Below, piece after piece: positions 42,256 through 64,000 of a stretch of 64,000 nt of DNA; positions within the stretch are counted from its first letter, which is position 1; the number at the start of each line of letters is the position of its first letter. Made by a program: the position numbers and the translations under genes. Source of the stretch: the human T2T-CHM13v2.0 reference genome, Homo sapiens. Below the pieces are notes generated by a model. The model saw only the letters and a list, made by a program, of their open reading frames with translations. It did no database searches and had not been told where the DNA came from. Location of the stretch: the NCBI RefSeq assembly GCF_009914755.1, contig NC_060928.1, one strand, 5' to 3'.

Positions 42256-45200
42256 TTAGAAAATGAACTGGGTGCGGTAAAACATTCGTATAGTCCCAGC
42301 TACTCTGGAGGCTGAAATAGGAGGATCCCTTGAGCCCAGGAAGTGGAAGCTGCAGTGAGCTCTGATCTCACCACTGCACTCCAGCCTGGGTGACAGAGTG
42401 AGACCCTGTCTCAAGACACACACAAACACACACACACACACACACCCAATCTCAGTCTGTCCAGCCTTGACTAATCAAAACGGCCTTCTGGTTACAGAAG
42501 AGGTATGCTCTTTTTTAGGACAGGGAGAGACCAGCAAGCTTGTTCACAGACTTTTCCTCATCCTCTGCTTAGTTTTCCAAGAACCCTCACAGTGGAAATG
42601 GAGTCTCTGGGAAAATGACCTAAATCTTTGGGTTACCAGGGGAGAAATATGCCTCCTTTGTCAATTAATAAATGGAACATCTGCCTTAAAATCCAGGGAG
42701 TTCTGCTAGAATGAATCACTCCCTAAGACCCTGACCTATGCATGGAACATGAAAAACTGAAGTTTAACTGGGCGCGGTGGATCACGCCTGTAATCCCAGC
42801 ACTTTGGGAGGCTGAGGCGGGCGGATCACCTGAGGTCAAAAGTTCTAGATCAGCCTGGCCAACATGGTGAAACCCCGTCTCTACTAAAAATACAAAAATT
42901 AGTTGGGCATGGTGGTGGACACCTGTAATCCCAGCTACTCGGGAGGCTGAGGCAGGAAAATCGCTTGAACCTGGAAGGTGGAGGTTGCAGTTACTTCTAG
43001 AAGAATTTCCATTAGCCCTTTGAAATCCTTCAACATTCATGAAGGCCAAAGAGTTTTCACCTAATTTAATCTGATGGGTATGTCACCAGAGTCTTTCTAG
43101 GGAATAGAGACTCCCAAACAGTTCAGCTGGGAAGTGAGGAGAGAATTTATTACTCAAAATCAAAGGGAAATGAAAAGAGGCCAACATAGAATGTCATTAT
43201 TCTTTCTTGGCGGGGAATGGATTCCAGAGTCATTCTGTGACCTTTACATGACCTCCTTATTAGCATCTAAAAGCTTCCAGTGTAGGATGCAGCCAGCTAG
43301 GTTCTCTTCTAATGTAATAAAATTTGCTTCAGCAAATCTTATGCAGAGCCATCTCCAGGCTCCAGAAACAATAGGCTATAAATTACTGGATCTCCCATTT
43401 GATACAATGAAGTATAAGCACGGTCCTGAATGACTCCTCTACATACTACTCTGGGTGGCTTGAAGTGAATTTGATACAAGAACTGGAGCAAGCGCAAAGC
43501 AGAGCTAGATTTAGGATTAATGTGCTTGGGCCCAGCTCCTCACTACTCACCTATGAGTCTAGTTCCAGAACCCAAGTAGAGGGTGGGGAAACAAGGCTCC
43601 TGACTTTTTTCCCCTAATGTCTGCATCTCTTTCACATTTCTTATCTCCTTGCAAAGAAACTAAACAGGCTCAACTGAAATAACTAAATGATTAAACCCTA
43701 TACAGAGAATCTCCAAAGACTGACAAAATATCATTCAAGACTGTTACACAGACAACCTTGAGGATGACTTGATGTACCAGTGATCTACAATATTTGGGAT
43801 CATTCCAAATTCCCATCAAGGATCTGCCTATATCAACAAAGGAGCCAAGGACCAACCATTCAAATGGGCCCTGCTGCCAAGCCTTTTTTTTTTTTTACAA
43901 TGCCATCTCTTCATATTGTTCCATTTAACAAAACTGTAGCCCCTCATCTATCCTTAAGTCCCTTGGCCAATGGTACAGAGCCAGAGTATGCTACTCCCTA
44001 GCAGGAAATCAACAGGATGACCTACTAAACACCATTCAGAAGATGCTAAGACCCATGAATTGCAACAGGAAAGAAAAGACAGAGAATTAGTCAGACAGGT
44101 ACATGCTGTGCCAAAAATGCACTACAGCCCCCACCCAATTCTGCCTAATCCTAGCTGGGCTGACACCAACCTGATGAGACAGGCCTATAAGATCTCAAAC
44201 TAAAACAGAAACTCCTGAACTGGGTTCTTTCGAACCAAGGAAGCAGCAGCAAATCATTAAAGAACAGATAAGTTCTTAAGGTGACGGAGAGTTTCAGATA
44301 AATGGAATGCTGGTAGAACACAGGGCCCAAAGGAGCAAAAGTTAACCTAAGCCCAGGTAGAACCTTGTTTACTAGAGTATTAGGCATGGGTTGGGGCAAC
44401 TATTCTAACCAGAGAAACTGGCTTCAGTGAGGGCAAGTTGGCAATCCAAGGTATAGCATGCATAGGGCTGGCAAAATTCAGGGTGACTGAAGCAAAAGCT
44501 TCAGAACCAGAAAGACCACATCTGGGAGTAGAGCACAAAACTCTCAAGAGATCAATCTTTGTAAGAGTGAGGCAGAACTATATAGCAGTTTTAGGAGATC
44601 TGTTGGTGCCCAGCAAGAGCTCCAAACGGGCTATATGCAGGGATGCAGGCTGTAGTCTCAGGAAAGGAGGTTCACAAAAGTCATTCAGTCCAAGACCTCA
44701 AACTGTGTTCTCTACTAAAAGGAATCAAGGTTCCCTAGAGAAATGGCTGACTCCATGTATGGTGCAGTATATTGATCCTGGAACATCTTTTTTGCCAGAA
44801 AGTAAGGAAGCCATCAAAGTCCAACAGGATCACGTCAAAAAGACATGAAAGTAAACTTGAAGAGATAATTATTAACCTAGATGAGACAATGTAAGCATCC
44901 AAAACAATAAAGACTGCAATGGCCTGAAATACATCAAATGCAAACAATAATCTATGAGTTCATAATGGTATTCAGAAAAAAAACTACTGGTCATTAGAGG
45001 GAAGGTTACTAGGTCACTAACTTACTACTCTGAAAAGTGACTTAAGATGAGAGGTAGGGTGGAGAATTAGCTATTTATTCAGTCTTTCCTGTACAAACAT
45101 AAATTTTTAGGGAGATTGAAGCAGATGAAACAAATCTGGAAAAATGGAGGTAACTGCTTAATCTGCGGGTTGGGTGCATGGAGGTTCAACATATTTCGTT

Positions 45201-45524
45201 TGTGTATATTTGAACCCCCTACAAAAAAGCACAAGACAGAATGTGAGCCAAGCAGCTTAGGGTTTAGGCACGGCTTCTGCCTACAAGAGACACTAGGATA
45301 TGAGGTGTAGTTTTAGCCCTGATGGGCTGAGCCAACTGGAGGTATATAGGGAGGTGCTAAATTGCAGAGGTATCATGTTGCCCAGCACTTGATCAAATCC
45401 TAGATCCTAGGTCTGCTTGGTAGCATGCTTCCTAGGTAGTGGATCTGAGGCTACCTATAGAACTTCCTTTGCAGTCATAATTCGCTCAGAAACTACAAAA
45501 GTGCTTGCTCTTGAAAATGGAGTC

Positions 45525-46112
45525 TGTCTTTGTCCATTTCATGCTTCTATAAAAGAATACCACAGACTGCATAATTTATGAAAAGGAAAAAAGGAAGGAA
45601 AGAAAAAAGGAAGGAAGGAGGGAAAAAGTGAAGGAGGGAAGGAAAGGAAGGAAGGGAAGGAAGGAAAGGAAGGAAGGGAAAGAGAGAAAGAGGGAAGGAG
45701 GAAGGGAAGGAAGGAGGGAGGGAGGGAGGGAGAGAGAGAGGGAGGGAGGGGAAGGGAAGAAAAGGGAGGAGAAGGGAAAGGAGGAAGAAAAGGAAAGGAA
45801 TAAATTTTATTTCTTAACAGTTCTGGATGTTAGGAAGTCGAAGGTTGAGGGGCCTGCATCTGGTAAGGGTCTTCTTGCTGCATCATCCCACTACAGAAGG
45901 CAGAAGGAAAAGAAAGTGCAAGAAAGCAAGAGGGCAAAAGGGGCTGAACTCTGTTTTATAATAAGCCCACTCTGTGATTACTAATCTATTACCACCACAA
46001 CAACATTAACTCATTCATGAAGGCTATTGTATTAGGCCCCCACATCCCAACTGTTGCATTGAGGATTGAGTTTCCAGCACATAAACTTTGGGGGACACAT
46101 TTAAACCACAGC
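45525..46112 (-). mobile_element. MST/MLT1A-like MaLR LTR containing a polypurine expansion
   Basis: TGTCTTTGTCCATTT..TATAAAAGAATACCACAGACTG..CAGTTCTGGA..GCATCTGGTAAGGG..TTTGGGGGACACATTTAAACCACAGCA. Confidence 0.7.
45581..45800 (+). repeat. ~220-bp polypurine (GGAA/GGGA/GA) tract
   Basis: Almost pyrimidine-free run, seen directly. Confidence 0.95.
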
Positions 46113-47146
46113 AGAGCACTTAGGTTGATTCAACCAAGAGGAGCTGGGAAAATCAAAGGCATGAGAAAGACAGCAAAAGCTAGCAGAGAGAAATGCACAG
46201 GTTAAGGAAAAAAGTCACAATGAATCCTGTAGTGCAGGCTACTTTATCAAAAGCACCTAAAAAAGATCTCATTAACTCCCCCAGCTCACCTCCACCCACA
46301 TCTAAAGAGCCACACACAGCACCACCAAAGGCAGCACAATGAGAACAGCATTCTCCTCAACAGACAAGCTGGGAGTATCTAGATACCTGACCTCAATAGC
46401 TCCAGAACAGCCCTAAAACAGTTCCTCCCTAACCACCACTCAAGTCACCAGCTTGGAAAGTATTCAGAAAACCCAAATCCTGACACACCACTAGGAAACA
46501 ACTTAAAACAGCAAAGAACAACCCATTTAAACAGCAATGCCAGCTGCTGGGAAAAAAAGGAACAATGAGTAGAGGAGAAACAGACCTCTTGGGGTCCACC
46601 AAGACCCAGTCTCTCAGCTTCAGCACTTTCAAATGCAGAATCCACACCCCTCTGGGGCCTGTGGAGCTCCACAAGGCATGTCGTCCTCAAAGATAAATGA
46701 GCAGGCAAGCTGGCTAGAAAACCACTAAGGGTATTATTCTTTAAAGAATCTTTATAGGTTCAAAGAGGAATGGGTCTTAACTGGCTATGTGAACTCCCCA
46801 CAGATTCTGAGGATGATGTCAGTATCCCTTTCCAGATGTGTTTAACACTTTGCAGTTACTTGTATTCCTGCCACTGAGTGCCAGTGCTTTGCTAATTTGA
46901 ACTGATTCCAGCTCACGCTGACCCCAGCTCCCTGGATGTTACCATTAGCCAAGACTGTCACCCATACTGTACCCTTTCAAAGAGTCCTAAAAACAGCTCT
47001 TCACCTACTCTTCCAAGACAAGTAAAAATGTCTGCCAAAGAAATGGGGAAAAAAGATTCAGAGTGAAAACAATTAACATACTAACAAGAGAGCAAAAAGC
47101 AAAGGGGGAGGAGAAACTAGGAAAATCATATATGGGCTCACACCTA

Positions 47147-47380
<234 letters not shown>

Positions 47381-47676
47381 TTAGCCAGGCATGGTGGCGC
47401 ATGCCTGTAAATCCAGCTACTCAGGAGGCTGAGGCAGGAGAATTGCTTGAACCCGGAAGGCAGAGAATGTGGTGACCTGAGATCGCGCCATTGCCCTCAA
47501 GCCAGGGCAATGAGAACAAAATTCGGTAAAAACAAAAGAAAAGAAAAGAAAAGAAAAGAAAACAAAACCACCATAAAATAACTCAGACTTAATTAAATAC
47601 AACCCTAGTGGTGAATGACTAAAGATGGATTACTCATAACAGAGATAACAGTCCAATAAGAATCCAAGAATCTTAC

Positions 47677-48201
<525 letters not shown>

Positions 48202-49273
48202 TTAAACACAGTATGTAGAAAAGAATAATTATTGAATCTGTACTGGTCTTTAACTTTTACACTTTGATCTGTAATTCTGTTATTGTGATTGAGTCCAAAG
48301 AAAAATAGTATGAGTAAAATAAAAAGAACACCAAAAATGCTAATATTCTGTTTACCAAAGTCCGTAGTGAAATATCCCATTAAATCGAAGTGCAGTGACT
48401 TACACTCATAATCCCAGCACTTTGGGAGGCTGAGGCGGGTGAATCTCCTGAAGTCAGGAGTTCGAGGCCAGCCTGGCCAACATGGTGAAACCCCAACTCT
48501 ACTACAAATACAAAAATCAGGCAGGCGTGGTGGCAGAGGCCTGTAATCCCAGCTACTTAGGAGGCCGAGGCAGGGAGAATTGCTTGAACCCAGGAGGTGA
48601 GCTTGCCATGAGCTGAGATCATAACACTGCACTCCAGCATGGGAGACAGAACAAAACTTCAACTTACAAAAAAACAAAACAAAACAAAACAAAAAAAAAC
48701 AGCTAGCAGGTGACATTTGCTACGGGGAGACTAGGGATATGATCTTGCTGCAATCCTTCCATTTTAGTAAATCTAAACAGTGTGAATCCATTCTGTTTCA
48801 TCCCCACTCCACTCCAGAGCCAAAACAAGAAAATCAATTATATTTCTAGTTCTTTAAAAACATATCTAACTAAATCATCTAATTAAAAGATAATATGCAT
48901 GGCTCCATACTCTAAAAGAAAGCTTATGTTCTGCATATCATGGACATTTGATGAATGCTTATTCAGTTGACTGGTGTAGACTTCAATAATAACCTGTTCA
49001 ATGCATTATGCCAGATGAATCTTGCATCTCAAAAGTAGAACAAATATTGTTCTTTCAGTTTTCTCTACCCATAAATGCAATATTTACTAATAAAAAGAAA
49101 ATGAGTTTATTGTTCTAGAGAGTATGAGAATTTTGACAACATGAATTCTCCTGTCCTAGGACATAATTAATACTTAGAGGCATACTATTTCATGTGGAAG
49201 CTATCATTAAATCAACGTTAAGTGTTAATTACTTCACATAATCTTCTAATCTGACTTAAGACTGAAGATGTAC

Positions 49274-49333
49274 CTCAGGAAGCTGATTTATCAAGTTGTA
49301 AATCTTCACCTGTTGAATTCATTAAGTTCACGT
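49274..49333 (-). pseudogene. GTF2I-like exon (HELLNSTREDLQLDKPASG homolog)
   Basis: ttcag|ACGTGAACTTAATGAATTCAACAGGTGAAGATTTACAACTTGATAAATCAGCTTCCTGAG|gtacat. Confidence 0.85.
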
Positions 49334-50545
49334 CTGAAAGGTGAGAATAAATACTTAATATTCACTAGGCAATATTCAGCAAAGTAATATCCACTAGTAC
49401 ATATTTAATATTTCATCACGAACTGTGGGTGTGAAGAGAAAAGACAGGCTGGGCACAGTGGCTCACACCTGTAATCCCAGCAGTTTGGGAGGCCGAGGCA
49501 GGCAGATTATGAGGTCGGGAGTTCGAGACCAGCCTGGCCAACATGGTAAAACCCCATCTGTACTAAAAATACAATAATTAGCTGGGCATGGTGGCAGGCA
49601 CCTGTAATCCCAGCTACTCGGGAGGCTGAGGCAGGAGAATTGCCTGAACCCACGAGGTGGAGGTTGCAGAAACCATGATCACGCCACTGCATTCCAGCCT
49701 GGGCAAAAGAGCAAGATTCTGTCTCAATCAAACAATCAATAAAAATGTAAGGAGGAAGGATTTACTGTGTATTTATATGTCTGGTATTATGTGAAGCACT
49801 TTACTATCTTATCAAATCTTCGGGACAGATCTTCAGTTCTCATGACCACAAAAGAGGATACTAAAGCTCAGACAGGAGAAGAGACATGGCCAGCCTGTGT
49901 CCCCAGGGCCTATGGTCTTACCACTAGGTTACAGTGTTTCCAGGTATCACATGTTGTGAGATTTTTGCTTTAAAATGAACCAAAAAAAACCAAAGGCGAA
50001 AAAGGCATAAGCTATTAAAAAGTGGGAGAAACACTAAGAGAACCTTAAGCATGTAACTAAAAATATTATGGAAATGTCATTGAATTCATTAGCAAATTTA
50101 ATGCTAGGTTTTCATTGAGGAGTAGGTTATATTTCTTATGATGAAGAAAGTATCATTTTAAGTATATTAACATAAATACCATCAATATGGTTTATCATGT
50201 TTAAATGTTCACTTAAAGCAATTCAGTTAAAATTCTGCATATCATACAATTTTATAGTTTGCTAGTAGGTTACAAGTAAATAGTCATCCAAATAAAAACA
50301 TCATGTGTTTTCCACTGGTTGTTGCTCTTTTTAGGTGAGCATTTGATGTATACCAACAGAGAGAGGATAATAACAAATCGCTAATTTCTTTCATCATTAT
50401 ATAAAGGTGGCTTCAGAATAGAACAGTATAAGGGCAATGATGAATTTGAAATCTAACATCAATTCAGTGATGCATCAAGATAAAAGTAGAGACAATAGGG
50501 GCACCCTGGTGAGTACGGAACATTTTATTTATTTATTTATTTTGA

Positions 50546-50704
<159 letters not shown>

Positions 50705-51486
50705 TAGTAGAGACGGGGTTTCTCCATGTTGGTCAGGCTGGTCTCGAACTCCCGACCTAGATATCTGCCTGCGTTGGCCTCACAAAGTGCTGGGATTACA
50801 GGTGTGAGCCACCGTGCCCAGATGAATTCCAAATTTAACAAAGCAGACTAAGAGAAACAATTCATTTAAAAAAATAATATTTGGCCAGGCATGGCGGCTC
50901 ACACCTGTAATCCCAGTACTTTGGGAGGCTGAGGTGAGTGGATCAGGAGGTCAGCAGTTCAAGACCAGCCTAGCCAAGATCATGAAACCCCATCTCTACT
51001 AAAAATACAAAAATCAGCCAGGCGTGGTGGCTGGCGCCTGTAATCCCAGCTGCTCGGGAGGCTGAGGCAGAGAACTGCTTGAACCCAGGAGGCGGAGGTT
51101 GCAGTGAGCCGAGATCGTGCCACTGCACTCCAGCCTGGGCGACAGAGTGAGGCTCCGTCTCGAAAAAAAAAAAAAAAATAATTCAATGAAATCCCTAAGA
51201 TCCAGGGCTTTGCAATAAATATGTAAATAAATTTCCAATCTCCATACTGAAAGTTTAAAAGAAATGCTAACTAATAATTAAAGAAATACAACTTTTCCTC
51301 AGCTTTGCAGCAATCTAGAAACAGTGTGTAGACACTACAAAGCACCTTACAAGGAGAAACGTCTAAGGATGGCATGACTCGCCGGCAGCCCTGGGCTTGT
51401 CCACGGTACCTCCATGATGAACAGTAACTCCATTGTGTAAACGCCCATGAACATAAGATTACAGGACTTTTCCAGTTTAGACTTAC

Positions 51487-51552
51487 CATATTTTCTTTCA
51501 GACAATTCTTCAATTTGTTTACGTAGATGAGCGATACAATTATTCCATTTCT
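51487..51552 (-). pseudogene. GTF2I-like 66-bp exon (EKWNNCIAHLRKQIEELSERKY)
   Basis: tttcag|AGAAATGG...GAAAATATG|gtaagt; visible in ORF 51347..51577. Confidence 0.9.
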
Positions 51553-51865
51553 CTGAAAAGCAAAAGTTGATTCTCAATAATACGTCCCTATGTCAGAGCA
51601 GCACTAACATATAATGACTTATTTCATATATTTTACATTCTAACAGTCCATATCATTTTACTGCTTTCAAAAAAAAATTTCCCTTTTTTGGTGGTTCTTA
51701 GAATTGGTTTAATGGGAGACTATTAGAGAAGCTGAAAAGCAGGAGGGCAGAAAAGTTCAATCAAATTAAACACAATAACAGGGAGGTCACAATGAGGAGG
51801 TCTCCAGGGGTCTTTCAGCAAACTTCCTAAAACATGTCTCAGCTGTGTGAAATAAGACTTTACAG

Positions 51866-56531
<4,666 letters not shown>

Positions 56532-57028
56532 GACTTAACAGATATACAACTGCACGTTAGAATGCTAAAGACCATAAACATATAACAACTTAAAGTACAT
56601 ATAAATTCAATATATATCCAATCATTGTGACTATGACACAGTAGAATATTAAAATACTATTTTCAAAATGTATACAAGCTTAATGTTCTATGTATTCAAA
56701 CTATTTATTCAAAATATAAATCATCAACATAATTTGCCACTAATATTCAGTCCCTTCACAGGACACGTGATTCACTGGGAGTTAATAAATTAGCAGCTGG
56801 CAGGCAGTGACACACAGCAAAAATGAAAACCAAGAGGTGAAATAGTTCTGAAATAAAGGTTTTAAAGCTAACAGAAATCACTGAATTACTAAGTCATTAG
56901 CACTAATTTTGAGCCAACTAACTAATTAATATGAGATGATACAACGTCCTATACTTTGGTATATACAGACTATGTTTAAACAATGTCTGAATGTCTGTAA
57001 CGTGACTTTCAAAATGCTCCTGGCTTTA

Positions 57029-57269
<241 letters not shown>

Positions 57270-57784
57270 CTTGAAAAAGAAAAAATGGTCATTACTGAAG
57301 GAACCATCTTAGTTTACAGCCACCTCTGGGTCAATTCCCAACATTCAAAAGCTGAGCAGGGCTTTAAAGCTATCTTAATAATTATTTCTGTATTGCAAAC
57401 TTCAGCAATCTTTTTTCTAGTTACATTTGAAATGTTATTCTTTTGGGATGTGCTCAAGTGAATACTGCTTTTTCCTCTGTCTTGCTTCATTACTTTTTAG
57501 TTTGCTTCAATTGAAGCATCATTGTAAGTCTCCCCTTCTCCTCAAATAACTTTAAATTGCTGCCAAGAACTATGTTCTATTTTAAGGCTTTTGAGAAAAA
57601 ATTTTCAATGAAGATAGCCACCTAAAGTTATACAAATATAGAAGAAACGGGATAAAATAAAGCTTAGATTGGAAAAAATATTTAAGATTATACAAAATTC
57701 AAGCATAAACAAGGGAAACTGAGTAATTGTATATTCAAATACTTTTAACAAGTGCAAAACATGTAGGCTTAAAGAAATAGAGCT

Positions 57785-61540
<3,756 letters not shown>

Positions 61541-61721
61541 CCCGCCTCGGCGGCGCCAGACATAGTTTTCTATTTTTGACCAACATAAACACTGTGCTGG
61601 GTCTGAATTTTTCAGCTACCCTTCTTCGGCTGGCAACACACAGGACCTGGCGGGGAGGTCGCTCTTACCAGTCCCCACTCTGACGAGAAGACTGCCCAGC
61701 TCCAGGCACCGTAGGGCCCCA

Positions 61722-61871
61722 GTGACGTAGCCGAACACCCACGCCTCTGACGTCGCCAGAGGCCCACCTCTATGGTGTCGGCGAAGGCGCGCCATTGTGA
61801 CGTCACGGAAGGCGCGCTCTTGTGACGCCACGGAAGGCGCGCTCTTGCGGCGTCACGGAAGGCGCGCTCTT
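61722..61871. repeat. 25-bp tandem repeat x6 (3 near-perfect, 3 degenerate): GTGACGTCACGGAAGGCGCGCTCTT
   Basis: Units start at 61722, 61747, 61772, 61797, 61822 and 61847. Confidence 0.9.
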
Positions 61872-61949
61872 GTGAGGTCGCAGGGGACCGCCACTCACGC
61901 GGAGCCAATCGGAACTCGCGGCGGGGCTGCTGGGTCTTCCAGGAGCGCG

Positions 61950-62251
61950 CTTGAGCGGACGCTGCCTACCGGTGGCCGGGCGGGATGTAACCCGCTGCTG
62001 AGCTGGCAGCTCTGTGTCGCTAGGCTTCGGCCCGGCCGCCGCCGCACATAAGCTGCGAGGAGGAGCTTTACGACTTCCCGGTCTTCGGGGCCGGGCGCAG
62101 CAAGGGCCAGACTCTGCGCTAGCAGGCGCTGCGCGCCAACCGGCCGGCACCTGTCGCAGAAGGTGCAACCGATCGCACTGTCGCGCCGAAGCTCCTCAAT
62201 GGCCAGCGCCAGCTGCAGCCCCGGCCGCCCACTCGCCTCACCTGAGCCTGG
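61950..62251 (+). ncRNA. Putative non-coding first exon of a plus-strand transcript leaving the window
   Basis: Lies downstream of the CCAAT/CRE elements and ends at a GTACGT donor; the TSS is approximate. Confidence 0.45.
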
Positions 62252-62497
62252 GTACGTGCGCCCCACAACACCTCCCCCAGGCAGGGCCCGGGGACCCCCG
62301 GGAGCGTCCCCGGCTACCTGGCGCCGCTCATCCTGGGTAGGGTTGGCCCCCTCTGAGGCTGCCCGGCATGAGGGAGCTGCACCCCTGAGCTTGACCTCTG
62401 ACGGCCCTTTGTAATAGCATTAAGTCTTTGAAACTTTGTAGCGGGGTAGAAGGGGCTAGGAAACGAAGAAAACATCTTTTTAAAAATATAAGCGGTC

Positions 62498-64000
<1,503 letters not shown>

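Noticed and set aside
45628-45984. 118-aa Lys/Glu/Arg/Gly-rich ORF
   Set aside because: Translation of the polypurine microsatellite.
61612-62414. ORFs across the CpG island
   Set aside because: Stop-poor GC-rich sequence, mostly non-ATG starts, no recognisable homology.

Overview
Primate (most likely human) segmental-duplication mosaic; no intact protein-coding gene can be supported. 1-10176: AT-rich intron-like block with an intronless glycerol kinase retrocopy (GK3P-like, one in-frame CGA>TGA stop at codon 413), a solo HERV-K LTR5_Hs and a two-LTR THE1A. An abrupt junction at ~10177 leads into a subtelomere-type duplicon. It holds a scrambled CIC (capicua) processed pseudogene, a 4.4-kb G-skewed degenerate 31/32-bp repeat with long minus-strand ORFs, and an old ~10-12-kb tandem multiplication rich in Alu/MER1/MLT1/MER21/L2 with later MER11 and U6 insertions. 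Further right are an unprocessed GTF2I/GTF2IRD2 pseudogene fragment with exons out of order, a 4.7-kb poly(A)-tailed TSD-flanked insertion in its intron, and a bidirectional CpG-island promoter with a 25-bp CRE/ETS repeat. From memory this resembles human 4q26 (GK6P/LINC01061 region); that placement is unverified. I see no convincing new gene system. The best leads are the 4.7-kb retro-insertion, the scrambled CIC and GTF2I copies, and the switch-region-like repeat. Repeat boundaries and subfamily calls are by eye and approximate.
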